Shown piece after piece: positions 1 through 9,405 of a stretch of 64,000 bases of DNA. Each line of letters opens with the position of its first letter. Position 1 is the first letter of the stretch. Both the position numbers and the translations under genes were made by a program. The notes under the pieces were generated by a model. The model did not search any database. It was not told the origin of the DNA and saw only the letters and a program-made list of their open reading frames with translations. This DNA comes from Candidatus Campbellbacteria bacterium (lineage in GTDB: Bacteria > Patescibacteriota > Minisyncoccia > Phycocordibacterales > GCA-2747955): NCBI GenBank assembly GCA_002747955.1, contig PDQZ01000009.1:949-64948 (forward strand). Reading direction: 5' to 3'.

Positions 1-311
1 AATTCAAAGAAGCAATTTTAAATCTTTTGAAAAAAGAAAATTATATTGCAGATTACAAAGTATTGAAAGGGGATGGGGTAAAGAAAAACATTAGAATTAC
101 TTTATCATACGATCAAAAAGGAAATTCAAAAATTACAGATGTAAAAAGAATTTCAAAACTTTCAAAAAGAGTTTATTACGGATACAAAGATATTTTACCT
201 GTAAAATATGGAAAAGGACTTTTAGTTCTTTCAACTCCAAAAGGTATTATTTCAGATAAACAAGCAAAAAAAGAAAAAATTGGTGGAGAAGCTTTGTTTA
301 AAGTTTGGTAG
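1..311 (+). CDS. rpsH: 30S ribosomal protein S8, 5'-truncated by window edge
   Basis: C-terminal S8-like sequence (..LSTPKGIISDKQAKKEKIGGEALFKVW); precedes L6/L18/S5 as in spc operon. Confidence 0.85.
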   Translation, partial: FKEAILNLLKKENYIADYKVLKGDGVKKNIRITLSYDQKGNSKITDVKRISKLSKRVYYGYKDILPVKYGKGLLVLSTPKGIISDKQAKKEKIGGEALFKVW

Positions 312-377
312 ATAAATATTATTAAAAACAAAAGTCATAACACTTTTTAAAAAGTGTGCAGACATAAAAAGAATAAA

Positions 378-914
378 ATGAGCAGATTAGGAAAAAAAGC
401 AATTGAAGTTCCAGAAAAAACAGAAGTAAACATTGAAGGAACAACAGTTACAGTTAAAGGACCTTTAGGAGAACTTACAAAAACTTTTAAAGACGTTGTA
501 ACTATTAAAAAAACAGATGAAGGAATTGATGTAAAACCAAAAGATGAAAAATCAATTTTTTCAAAAGCAATGTGGGGAACAGTTTCTTCACACATTAGAA
601 ACATGATTTCAGGTGTTAACCAGAAATTCAAAAAAGATTTAATCATCGAAGGTGTGGGATATAGAGCCGAAGTGAAAGGAAAAAATCTTGTTTTGAAAGT
701 TGGACTTTCACACGATGTTGAACTTGATATTCCAGAAGAACTTGATGTTGAGGTAAACAAAGACACAATCACAATACAAGGAATTGACAAAGAAAAAGTT
801 GGACTTTTTGCATCAAAAACAAGACTTGTTAAAAAACCTGAACCTTACAAAGGAAAAGGAATTAGATATTCTGATGAAGTTGTAAGAAGAAAGGAAGGAA
901 AGAAAACTGTATAA
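378..914 (+). CDS. rplF: 50S ribosomal protein L6
   Basis: MSRLGKKAIEVP..TVTVKGPLGEL.. typical L6 N-terminus; start chosen at ATG 378 inside the longer listed ORF. Confidence 0.9.
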   Translation: MSRLGKKAIEVPEKTEVNIEGTTVTVKGPLGELTKTFKDVVTIKKTDEGIDVKPKDEKSIFSKAMWGTVSSHIRNMISGVNQKFKKDLIIEGVGYRAEVKGKNLVLKVGLSHDVELDIPEELDVEVNKDTITIQGIDKEKVGLFASKTRLVKKPEPYKGKGIRYSDEVVRRKEGKKTV

Positions 915-926
915 TAAAAGAAAAAT

Positions 927-1271
927 ATGACTAATATAAAAGTAGAAAAAAAACAAAGAAGACACAAAAAAATTAGATCAAAAATTTCTGGAACAGAACA
1001 AAAACCAAGAGTTTCTGTTTGTAAATCAAATACAGGAATCTTTGTCCAATTTGTAGATGACAAATCTGCAAAAACTCTTCTTTCAGGATCAACAAAAAAA
1101 GTTGACGGAAAAACAAAAACAGAAAAATCAAAAAATCTAGGGCTTGCTTTAGGAAAAGAAGCAATGGATAAAAAAATCACAGAAGTAGTTTTTGACCGAG
1201 GTGGAAACCTTTACACAGGTAGAGTTCAAGCTATTGCAGATGGTTTAAGAGAAGCAGGACTTAAATTTTAA
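927..1271 (+). CDS. rplR: 50S ribosomal protein L18
   Basis: L18 signature ..FDRGGNLYTGRVQAIADGLREAGLKF; spc operon position. Confidence 0.9.
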   Translation: MTNIKVEKKQRRHKKIRSKISGTEQKPRVSVCKSNTGIFVQFVDDKSAKTLLSGSTKKVDGKTKTEKSKNLGLALGKEAMDKKITEVVFDRGGNLYTGRVQAIADGLREAGLKF

Positions 1272-1291
1272 TTACAAATATCATTTAAATT

Positions 1292-2212
1292 ATGACAGAA
1301 GATAAAAATAAAAATGAAAATCTAGAAAATCAAAATCTAGATCAAAAAACAGAACAGAACGATACTCCAAAAGAAAGCAAGGAGGAAAAAGTTGTTGAAA
1401 ACAAAGAAGAAGTAAAAACAACATCAGAAAACGAAAATAAAGAAGAAAAAACAAAAAGTTCTGATAAAAAAGATTTTAAAGGAAGAAAACCTTTTGATAA
1501 AAACAGAAGATTTAATAACAAAAGAGGTGGAAAATTCAGAAGACCATTTAGAAGAGAAAAACCAGAATTTGAACAAAAAATTCTTTCTCTAAGAAGAGTT
1601 ACTCGTGTTATGGCAGGAGGTAGAAGATTTTCTTTCTCAGTTGCAGTTGTTGTTGGAGATAAAAAAGGAAGAGTGGGAATTGGTTTAGGAAAATCAAACG
1701 ACACAACAATGGCTATTGATAAAGCTGTTAGAAATGCAAAGAAAAATATGGTTAGAATCAAACTTAACAAAGACGGTTCTATCCCATACGATGTTTCTGC
1801 AAAATACAAAGCCTCAGAAGTAAACATCAGACCTGTTAAAGGTAAAGGACTTGCTGCTGGTGGTGCTGTGCGTACTGTTTTGGAATACGCAGGTGTTAAA
1901 GAAGCAGGGGCAAAACTTTTGACAAGATCAAAAAATCATATTAACAACGCTTGGGCAACAATTATCGCTTTGGAACCATTTTCAGAAAAAGTTGAAGTAA
2001 GTTTGCAAAAAGAAGATAGAAGAAATCCAAGAGGAAGAAAAGGTGGAAGATTTAACAAAAAAGGAGGATTTAATAAAGGTGGTTTCAACAAAGGAAGAAA
2101 ACCTTTTGTTAAAAGAGAGGATAAACCTCAAGGTTCAGAAGCAAAACCTGAAACAACAGAAGTGAAAGAAAAAACTGAAGCTGAAACTGTTGAAAATAAT
2201 TCTAATAAATAA
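1292..2212 (+). CDS. rpsE: 30S ribosomal protein S5 with long low-complexity N- and C-terminal extensions
   Basis: Core RVTRVMAGGRRFSFSVAVVVGDKKGRVGIGLGKSND.. S5 domain; K/E-rich N-tail and RG/K-rich C-tail. Confidence 0.9.
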   Translation: MTEDKNKNENLENQNLDQKTEQNDTPKESKEEKVVENKEEVKTTSENENKEEKTKSSDKKDFKGRKPFDKNRRFNNKRGGKFRRPFRREKPEFEQKILSLRRVTRVMAGGRRFSFSVAVVVGDKKGRVGIGLGKSNDTTMAIDKAVRNAKKNMVRIKLNKDGSIPYDVSAKYKASEVNIRPVKGKGLAAGGAVRTVLEYAGVKEAGAKLLTRSKNHINNAWATIIALEPFSEKVEVSLQKEDRRNPRGRKGGRFNKKGGFNKGGFNKGRKPFVKREDKPQGSEAKPETTEVKEKTEAETVENNSNK

Positions 2213-2217
2213 GAACT

Positions 2218-2664
2218 ATGCAAATTAACGAATTGAAAAAAAATAGCCCAAACAAAAGCGCAAAAAGAGTTGGGCGAGGTGGTAAAAGAGGAAAAACTTC
2301 TGGAAAAGGTCACAAAGGACAAAAAGCAAGAACAGGAAACTCAACAAGACCACAAATGAGGGACATTATTAAAAAATTCCCTAAGTTAAGAGGGCAAGGA
2401 GTTCACGGAAATAAAAACCGAGAAATTCTTAACAAATATTTTGCAATCAACCTTTCTGAAATCGAAAAAGTTTTTGAAAATGGTGATGTTGTAAATCCAG
2501 AAACACTTAACCAAAAAGGACTTTTACCAAAACAAAAAGGAAAAATTGTAAGAGGGAAAATTTTAGGGAATGGAGAACTAACAAAGAAACTTACAATTGA
2601 AAATCTTTTAATATCTAAAACTGCACAAAAAAAAGTTGAAGATAATAAGGGAGAAGTAAAATAA
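2218..2664 (+). CDS. rplO: 50S ribosomal protein L15
   Basis: ..KRVGRGGKRGKTSGKGHKGQKAR.. L15 motif; follows S5 directly (no L30 gene between). Confidence 0.9.
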   Translation: MQINELKKNSPNKSAKRVGRGGKRGKTSGKGHKGQKARTGNSTRPQMRDIIKKFPKLRGQGVHGNKNREILNKYFAINLSEIEKVFENGDVVNPETLNQKGLLPKQKGKIVRGKILGNGELTKKLTIENLLISKTAQKKVEDNKGEVK

Positions 2665-2668
2665 AATT

Positions 2669-3952
2669 ATGAAAACACTTTTAAACAAAATAATATTTAT
2701 CTTTAAAGATCAAGTTTTGGCAAAAAGAGTTTTGTTCATATTCTTTATCTTTTTGATTTACAGAATGTTGGCAGCAATTCCAATTTCTGTTATCGACGGA
2801 AGTGCTTTAAAACAATTTTTTGAAACCAACCAATTTTTTGGTTTCGTAAACTTGTTTTCAGGAGGTGGACTGTCTTCACTTTCAATTGTGATGTTGGGTG
2901 TAATGCCTTATATTACAGCATCAATTATTATGCAAGTTATGACACTTGTTGTGCCAAAACTTAAAGAGATGCAACAAGAAGGGGGAGATGCAGGGCGAAA
3001 AAAGATCGCAAATATTTCAAGATATTTATCTTTACCAATTGCTGCTGTTCAATCTATTGGGTTTTTAGCACTTTTGCAACAAGGGGGAGCCTTGGGCCAT
3101 ATTACAACAGCTGACAAAGCATTTGCGCTTTTAATTGCAGTTGCAGGAACAGTTTTGTTAATGTGGCTTGGAGAACTTATCACAGAGTTTGGAATCGGAA
3201 ACGGACTTTCACTTATTATTTTTGCAGGTATTGTAGTTTCACTTCCTGGAACTGTAACACAGATTTATCAAACATTTGATATGTCAAACCTTGCAATGTA
3301 TATTGGAGTATTTGTGATTTTTGTTTTGATGGTTTATTCTATTGTTTATGTAACAGAAGCTGAACGACCAGTTGTGGTGCATCACGCAAAAGCATCAAGA
3401 GCAGGGCAAAAAGCACAAAAAATTGCATCAACAATTCCGATTAAACTTAATCAAGCAGGAGTTATTCCGATTATTTTTGCAGTTTCTCTGATTACTTTTC
3501 CATCAATGATCTTTTCATTTTTGCAAACAGTGTCAGGAGCAGCTGCGGGAGGTTGGCTTGAAAAAGCAGCTAACTTTTCACAAGATCCTTGGGCTTATGG
3601 AATAGTTTATTTCTTTTTAGTATTTTTCTTTACATACTTTTACACAGCTGTTACATTTGATCCTAAAAGAATGGCAGAAAACTTGGCAAAATCAGGAACT
3701 TACGTTCCAGGTGTAAGACCAGGAGAGGATACAGAAAAATACTTGGGGGATATTACAACCAGAGTTACATTTTTCGGAGGATTATTCTTAGCTGTGATTG
3801 CAATTTTGCCGATTGTAATTGCACAAATTACAGGAAATCAGTCACTTTCTGTTGGTGGAACATCAATTTTGATTGTTGTATCAGTAGCAATTGACTTGAT
3901 CAGAAAAATCAACGCTCAAATTTCTGTGAGAGAATATGTTCATTCTGTTTAA
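2669..3952 (+). CDS. secY: preprotein translocase SecY
   Basis: 10-TM protein, conserved SecY segments (..LGVMPYITASIIMQ.., ..GNGLSLIIFAGIV..); follows rplO. Confidence 0.9.
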   Translation: MKTLLNKIIFIFKDQVLAKRVLFIFFIFLIYRMLAAIPISVIDGSALKQFFETNQFFGFVNLFSGGGLSSLSIVMLGVMPYITASIIMQVMTLVVPKLKEMQQEGGDAGRKKIANISRYLSLPIAAVQSIGFLALLQQGGALGHITTADKAFALLIAVAGTVLLMWLGELITEFGIGNGLSLIIFAGIVVSLPGTVTQIYQTFDMSNLAMYIGVFVIFVLMVYSIVYVTEAERPVVVHHAKASRAGQKAQKIASTIPIKLNQAGVIPIIFAVSLITFPSMIFSFLQTVSGAAAGGWLEKAANFSQDPWAYGIVYFFLVFFFTYFYTAVTFDPKRMAENLAKSGTYVPGVRPGEDTEKYLGDITTRVTFFGGLFLAVIAILPIVIAQITGNQSLSVGGTSILIVVSVAIDLIRKINAQISVREYVHSV

Positions 3953-3998
3953 ACATAAAGAATGTAAAACAAAAATCAGAAAAAATAGAAGAAAAAAC

Positions 3999-4022
3999 AA
4001 AAAAGCCTTCGGCTTTTTTGTT
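3999..4022. terminator. rho-independent terminator hairpin after secY
   Basis: aaaaagccttcggcttttttg : GC stem, UUCG loop, T-run. Confidence 0.7.
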
Positions 4023-4450
4023 TTTTTTAAGTATTTAATGGTCCCCGAAAATTGCTTCGCAATTTTCGGGGAATTTTTAAAGAAAAGACCTGTTTAACCT
4101 TACTTTTTCCACATAGTTTTTTAAATTTTTTTGACAAAAAGAATAAAAACTGCTATTTTTAATATATGAGTAATTTAAAAACAAAACAAAATATTCTCTT
4201 TGTATTTGGGCACTGGTTTAAAAACTGGGGGAGTTTTGTTTTTAAAAAAAATCTATTTATGCAAAAAGTTTAAAGTCTAAAATAAAAAACTAAAAATAAA
4301 TAAATTTTGAAATTTAATAAAACAAAACTTCCCTGCGGGAAGTTTTGTTTTATTTAAATAGTATTTTGCTTTAAGATAAAATATATTTTTGTTTTAAAGG
4401 AAAATATTATTATTTTCCAAGTCGTTCTTTAAAAATTAAAAGGTGAAAAA

Positions 4451-4633
4451 ATGAAAGACCAAAAAGACCCAGAGATGGGAACAAAAGATGGGATTGTTCT
4501 TGAGGAAACACAAACTTTAAGAACAAGTGTTGAAACAGATACATCGGAAAATCAAAGTGAAGGAAATTTTGGGATAAGTTGTTCTGAACCCACCCCTTGT
4601 TTTGGAGCAGATGATTACGAAGGGCTTTTTTAA
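4451..4633 (+). CDS. small acidic hypothetical peptide (60 aa) with Cys-containing C-terminus
   Basis: RBS aaaggtgaaaaaATG; co-directional and 15 bp upstream of next gene; no recognisable domain. Confidence 0.4.
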   Translation: MKDQKDPEMGTKDGIVLEETQTLRTSVETDTSENQSEGNFGISCSEPTPCFGADDYEGLF

Positions 4634-4648
4634 GTCAAGGAGTTTAAA

Positions 4649-5401
4649 ATGGATATGAAAAAGTTTTACGTTAAGAAATCTTCCTGCCCACAAGAGCAAC
4701 TGTTTTGGAACAGAGAAAATGGACTTCATCTGGAAGTGGAAGAATATTTTCACAAAAAAGGGTACTTTATTCCAAGCTTTCTAAAAACAGAAAATCCAAA
4801 TGGAAGACTAAATGCTTTTTCTGTCAGGCATATTGCAACTTACAGAAACGAAGACAAAGCATTTTTAAATCTTGCAACTACAATGTTTGGTTTAAATCCA
4901 ATTTGGCTTGAGTATCAACAAGATAAATACACTCAGCATTCAAAGCCAAAAACTTCAAATTTGATTTTGAATACTGGCGGAGAAAGAAAGTTGAAAATTG
5001 CTTGCCCTGCAAAAAATGATGGAAAAAAGTTAAATCAAATCCAAACTAATTTTGGAAAAAGTTTAGTTGATTTCCATCACACTTTGTGGAGTTCTTTACC
5101 ACATTCTGGTATTCGCAAGAAATTTGATTTTTCAGATTTTTTAAAGCAGTTTGGAAGTGCTGAAGATTATTATTTTTATGATTTAGCGCTTTCTGTGGCT
5201 CATGGAGTTTTGTTCAAAGATTTTCACGGAGAGCACAAGCTTTCTTCAAAAGGTTCAAAAGAATTTACCAGAAAAATTGTTGAACCTGCTTTTGAAAAAG
5301 TTGTTAAAACTTTTGGAGTTTCTCCTGTTGTAGTACAGTTTTCATACCATCAAGGTTATGAAATTTATCCAAATTTGAAAATCCCAAAGTGTTTGCAATG
5401 A
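4649..5401 (+). CDS. hypothetical protein (250 aa)
   Basis: RBS aaggagtttaaaATG; long ORF with typical codon usage; no recognisable motif; terminator hairpin gtgcaaactcgtttgagtttgcac follows. Confidence 0.6.
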   Translation: MDMKKFYVKKSSCPQEQLFWNRENGLHLEVEEYFHKKGYFIPSFLKTENPNGRLNAFSVRHIATYRNEDKAFLNLATTMFGLNPIWLEYQQDKYTQHSKPKTSNLILNTGGERKLKIACPAKNDGKKLNQIQTNFGKSLVDFHHTLWSSLPHSGIRKKFDFSDFLKQFGSAEDYYFYDLALSVAHGVLFKDFHGEHKLSSKGSKEFTRKIVEPAFEKVVKTFGVSPVVVQFSYHQGYEIYPNLKIPKCLQ

Positions 5402-5512
5402 TTTTTTCACTTGTGCAAACTCGTTTGAGTTTGCACCTTTTTAAAGCAATAAAGTGTAAGTATTTTATTGTTTTTAGAGGTAAAATAAGTTACAATCAAT
5501 TAAATAAAAAAT

Positions 5513-6898
5513 ATGAAATTAAAATACAACAAAGAAAATCAAAAAGGTTTCAGAATGATAAATTTTTATCAAAAAGAAAATCAAAAAAAAGAAGATACGA
5601 AGAATGAGAAATTTTTAAACTTTAAAACAGAAAAGATTGAAAGCATAAGTGATCTAGTGCTTTCTGTAAGAGGCGCTGTTTTAAGAGCCAAAAGTCACAA
5701 ACAAGAAAAAATTTCTTTTAATTATTCACAAATTCAAAATTTTGAAATTAAAAATGTTTCAGAAAGTTTAAAGGCAAAACTTTTTGCTGAAAATATTTTA
5801 CTTTCTTGGTATAAATTTGATAAATACAAAACCAAAAAAGAAAATAGTTTAAAAGAAGTTTTAGTTTTTGGAGATTTTTTGAAAACAGAAAAAGAAGGTT
5901 TTAAAAAAGGACAGAAAACAGCCGAAGCTGTGAATTTTGCTCGAGATTTAGCAAATACTCCAGCAAATGATATGACGCCTGATGTTTTTGTTTCCGAAGT
6001 AAAAAAAGAATTTAAAGGAAACAAAAAAGTAAAAGTTAAAGTTTTAAACCAGTCAGATATTTTAAAAAAGAAAATGGGTCTTTTAGATGCAGTTTCAAAG
6101 GGAAGTCTAAACAAACCAAAACTTTTAGTTTTAGAATATTTTAATGCTAAAAATAAAAAAGAAAAACCAACAGTTTTAGTGGGAAAAGGAGTTTGTTATG
6201 ATACAGGCGGACTTTCTTTAAAACCCACAGACGGAATGGTTAATATGTCAAAAGATATGACAGGGGCAAGTGTTGTAGTTTCTGTTTTGAAAAATTTAAT
6301 TTCTTTAAATTTAAACAAAAATATTGTGGTTGTAACGCCACTTGTTGAAAATTCTGTTTCTGGAAATTCTTATAGACCAGGTGATATTTTAAAATCAATG
6401 TCTGGAATTACGGTTGAAGTTTTAAACACAGATGCTGAAGGTCGGTTGATTTTAGCTGACGCGATTACTTATGCTAAAAAGTATAAACCAAAAATGTTGC
6501 TTGATGTTGCCACTTTAACAGGAGCAGCCTTGATGGCAGTTGGGGAAAATGCAACAGTTTTTATTACTCAAAATGATGAACTTGAAAATACTTTAAGAGA
6601 GATTGGGCAGGAAACTTTCAACAGAGTTTGGAGACTTCCAAGTTGGGCAGTTTATGAAAAAAAGTTAAAAAGCAATTATGCAGATATTGTAAATACTGCT
6701 ACAACAAAATGGGGTGGAACAATTACAGCGGGAATGTTTTTGTATCAGTTTGTGAAAGATTATAAAAAAGATGAGCCAAAGTGGGTCCACTTTGACATGG
6801 CTCCAAGAATGGAAAGTGTTCCAGAAGATAGTTTAGAAAAAGGTTCAACTGGGGAGCCCGTGAGTTTGATTGTTGAATTTTTAAAGAAAAATGTTTAA
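5513..6898 (+). CDS. pepA: leucyl aminopeptidase, M17 family
   Basis: NTDAEGRLILADAITYA M17 active-site signature; ..VGKGVCYDTGG.. motif. Confidence 0.9.
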   Translation: MKLKYNKENQKGFRMINFYQKENQKKEDTKNEKFLNFKTEKIESISDLVLSVRGAVLRAKSHKQEKISFNYSQIQNFEIKNVSESLKAKLFAENILLSWYKFDKYKTKKENSLKEVLVFGDFLKTEKEGFKKGQKTAEAVNFARDLANTPANDMTPDVFVSEVKKEFKGNKKVKVKVLNQSDILKKKMGLLDAVSKGSLNKPKLLVLEYFNAKNKKEKPTVLVGKGVCYDTGGLSLKPTDGMVNMSKDMTGASVVVSVLKNLISLNLNKNIVVVTPLVENSVSGNSYRPGDILKSMSGITVEVLNTDAEGRLILADAITYAKKYKPKMLLDVATLTGAALMAVGENATVFITQNDELENTLREIGQETFNRVWRLPSWAVYEKKLKSNYADIVNTATTKWGGTITAGMFLYQFVKDYKKDEPKWVHFDMAPRMESVPEDSLEKGSTGEPVSLIVEFLKKNV

Positions 6899-6963
6899 GG
6901 GTTTTAAACTTTGAAAAACCTGAAAAAAGCTTCGCTTTTTTCAGGTTTTTGTTTTTTTTGGAA

Positions 6964-6992
6964 TTGACAAAATATGTAAAAAGATTTATAAT
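6964..6992 (+). promoter_or_regulatory. sigma70-like promoter (TTGACA-17bp-TATAAT) upstream of P-loop kinase gene
   Basis: ttgaca at 6964-6969, 17-bp spacer, tataat at 6987-6992; follows terminator 6905-6945. Confidence 0.5.
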
Positions 6993-7024
6993 AATGCAGG
7001 ATTATTTTATTAACTTAAATAAAA

Positions 7025-7450
7025 ATGGAGAAAAAAATGTATCCAAACAAAACGGTTTACATAATGCGTGGAGTGAGTGGGTCTGGAAAATCTCATGAAG
7101 CAAAAATGATGGCATTTACTTACAATGGTGTTGTTCATTCAACCGATGATTTTTTTGTTAAAAATGGAAAATATCAATTTGATAAAGAAAAATTAAAAGA
7201 AAATCATAAAAAGAACCAAAAGGCTTTTTTAAAAAGTCTTAAAATGGGTATCAGAGTGGTTATTTGCGATAACACAAACATTAAGCTTGACCATATGAAG
7301 CCATATGAAAAAATGGCTTTGACGCATGGTTATGACCTGGTGTATGTCACAATGCCACATCCAGACCCTGCTGTTGCTGCAAAAAATAACATACACAACG
7401 TTCCAGAATTTGTTATAAGAAAACAGATTGAGCAGTGGGAAAAAATGTAA
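7025..7450 (+). CDS. P-loop NTPase / putative polynucleotide-kinase-like kinase (AAA_33-like)
   Basis: Walker A GVSGSGKS near N-terminus, ..VVICDNTN.. Walker-B-like; alternative start ATG 7037 has GGAG 8 nt upstream. Confidence 0.6.
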   Translation: MEKKMYPNKTVYIMRGVSGSGKSHEAKMMAFTYNGVVHSTDDFFVKNGKYQFDKEKLKENHKKNQKAFLKSLKMGIRVVICDNTNIKLDHMKPYEKMALTHGYDLVYVTMPHPDPAVAAKNNIHNVPEFVIRKQIEQWEKM

Positions 7451-7630
7451 ATGAAAACAAAACGGGAACATGGAAGTTCTCGTTTTTTAAATTTTAAATT
7501 AAATTAAAATTGACATTATTTTTTAAAATGTTAAAATAATTTTAGGTTTTTATATATAAAAACAGCAGTTTTTTCCGAAAGGAAAAAACTGCTTATATAT
7601 AATTTTTCTTTAATCTAACAGGAGAAAGAG

Positions 7631-8224
7631 ATGGAAGGAATAGTTGATGTTATGAAAGTGATTGATCCAGTACAGAGATTGTACATCACAGGAACGGTAA
7701 CACAGGAGGTTACAGAAGCTTTTTTAGACACAATAAATAAAATGGAGGCAGATTATGGTAGCCCTGATTTAATTTTAGAGATTGATTCGATGGGTGGTAA
7801 TTGGGAAGATTGTAAGTCTATTTGTTGTACTATTGAAAAGTACAAGGGAAGAATTTTTGGTTTAGGAACTCTGAATTGCTCTTCTGCTGCTTTTTTTATT
7901 TTACAAAAATGTTTTTATAGGTCAGCTTATGAAAATTCAAAAATAGTTGTTCATGAAATTGCACTTTCAGGTATTCCAGAAAATAGGCTGACTGCAAGTG
8001 TTTTACAGAATCTTTCTTCTGGGAAAAGAAATGGATTGCATAAGAAGGTTGACGAAATTATTGCTTCACTTCAAAAAGATAATAAAAGAATTGCAAAATT
8101 TCTTTCTGAAAGAAGTGGGCTTTCAACCCAAGCAGTTCGGAATATGATGAGGTCCGAGCATTCTGTAGATCCGAAAAACCTTTTAGAAAAAGGGTTTTTG
8201 GATGAAATTGTTTATGCTTTTTAA
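7631..8224 (+). CDS. ClpP-family (S14) serine protease-like protein, divergent
   Basis: Collinear with ClpP: IDSMGG (cf INSPGG), NCSSAAFFIL (cf GQAASMGAFLL), VVHEIALSG (cf MIHQPLGG), C-terminal GFLDEIV. Confidence 0.5.
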   Translation: MEGIVDVMKVIDPVQRLYITGTVTQEVTEAFLDTINKMEADYGSPDLILEIDSMGGNWEDCKSICCTIEKYKGRIFGLGTLNCSSAAFFILQKCFYRSAYENSKIVVHEIALSGIPENRLTASVLQNLSSGKRNGLHKKVDEIIASLQKDNKRIAKFLSERSGLSTQAVRNMMRSEHSVDPKNLLEKGFLDEIVYAF

Positions 8225-8267
8225 AGCAGTGCCGCGCAAACGAAGTTTGCGCGGCTATATTTTAATC

Positions 8268-9023
8268 TTACTTTTTTATTTCTACAAATCTATATTTATC
8301 AAACTGGTCTTTTAAAAATTTAAATTCAGAATAATTTTTATTTTCCTGTAACATTTTTTGAATATCATCTTTTTGCTGTTGATCAAATTCAATATACATT
8401 TTTCCGTTTTCTTTTAAATATTTAAAACCTTGGTCAATTAGTTTTTCTATAAAATAGAGACCTTTATTTTTTGCAAAAAGAGCATTTGGATCTTCAAAAT
8501 TTAAAACCGATTTTTGAACTTTTTCTTTTTGATTTTGTGGAATATAAGGTGGGTTTGCAATAATTAAATTATATTTTTTATTTATATTTTCAAAAATATC
8601 AGAGCAAATGACTTCTGATTTGTTTTCAAAATCTTTGATATTTTCTTTTAAATTAATCTGAATTTGTTTTAAGTAGTTTTGATTGATTTCTGAAAAATGA
8701 ACTTTTGTTTTTGGACAATTTTTTAAAATAGAAACTCCAATACAACCAGAACCTGAAAAAATATCTAAAACATCAAGCTTTTCATTTTCTTTTTGATTTA
8801 TATTTTTAATAATTTCAGAAACTAGAAACTCAGTTTCGTCTCGGGGAATTAAAGGTTTGTAAGACAAATCAATTTTGCAGTTTAAAAATGGACGGTTTCC
8901 GATTAAAAAATCAAGAGGATAACCTTTTTTGAGTTTTTCTAAATCGGCCGAAAATGCTTCGCATTTTCGGCTTTTGTATTTCTCATCCAAAAGCCATTTT
9001 TCTTGTCTTTTTTCTAAATTCAT
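8268..9023 (-). CDS. prmC: release-factor glutamine N5-methyltransferase PrmC/HemK family
   Basis: SAM motif ..DIFSGSGCIGVSI.. and NPPY motif (IIANPPYI). Confidence 0.75.
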   Translation of the reverse strand: MNLEKRQEKWLLDEKYKSRKCEAFSADLEKLKKGYPLDFLIGNRPFLNCKIDLSYKPLIPRDETEFLVSEIIKNINQKENEKLDVLDIFSGSGCIGVSILKNCPKTKVHFSEINQNYLKQIQINLKENIKDFENKSEVICSDIFENINKKYNLIIANPPYIPQNQKEKVQKSVLNFEDPNALFAKNKGLYFIEKLIDQGFKYLKENGKMYIEFDQQQKDDIQKMLQENKNYSEFKFLKDQFDKYRFVEIKK

Positions 9024-9081
9024 TTTTATATTATATCAGAAAAAAAACTCCTTGCATTTTATATTATGCAAGGAAATTTAG

Positions 9082-9405
9082 TTAAACTTTTTCAGGAATC
9101 TCTTTTAATGTCTTGGACATTAACCAAGACATAACGGCCATCTTCTCTTCAGAGCTTAAGGTGCGAGTTTCATGCACCTTTTTAATAAAGCGAATTTGCC
9201 TTTTTTTTCTGAAAAAGTTTTTTTCTATAAAAAGGTCTCCCTTTATAACATTTTTGTTTTTTATAAGTTTTTTTACAAAAACAACCCAGGGGTTATTTAT
9301 GTAAAAAAACTCCTTAGGTACTTTATTTTTTAAACTGTGGATTGGAACAAAACCAAAGTTTATTTCAGTGCCCTCAAATAAAGGTTTGTTTTTTCTTTTC
9401 AACAT
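9082..9405 (-). CDS. hypothetical protein (108 aa)
   Basis: ORF with GGAGG RBS 5 nt upstream of ATG at 9405 (minus strand); basic protein, no known motif. Confidence 0.5.
   Translation of the reverse strand: MLKRKNKPLFEGTEINFGFVPIHSLKNKVPKEFFYINNPWVVFVKKLIKNKNVIKGDLFIEKNFFRKKRQIRFIKKVHETRTLSSEEKMAVMSWLMSKTLKEIPEKV

Noticed and set aside
347-790. Minus-strand ORFs antisense to ribosomal-protein, secA, tuf, ftsH and similar genes (e.g. 347..790, 845..1180, 1342..1827, 34043..34582, 35681..36025, 38789..39142, 42735..42998, 43154..43555, 51929..52333, 56454..56891)
   Set aside because: They lie entirely inside well-supported conserved genes on the opposite strand and are low-complexity, S/F/L-rich translations typical of antisense AT-rich DNA, with no RBS
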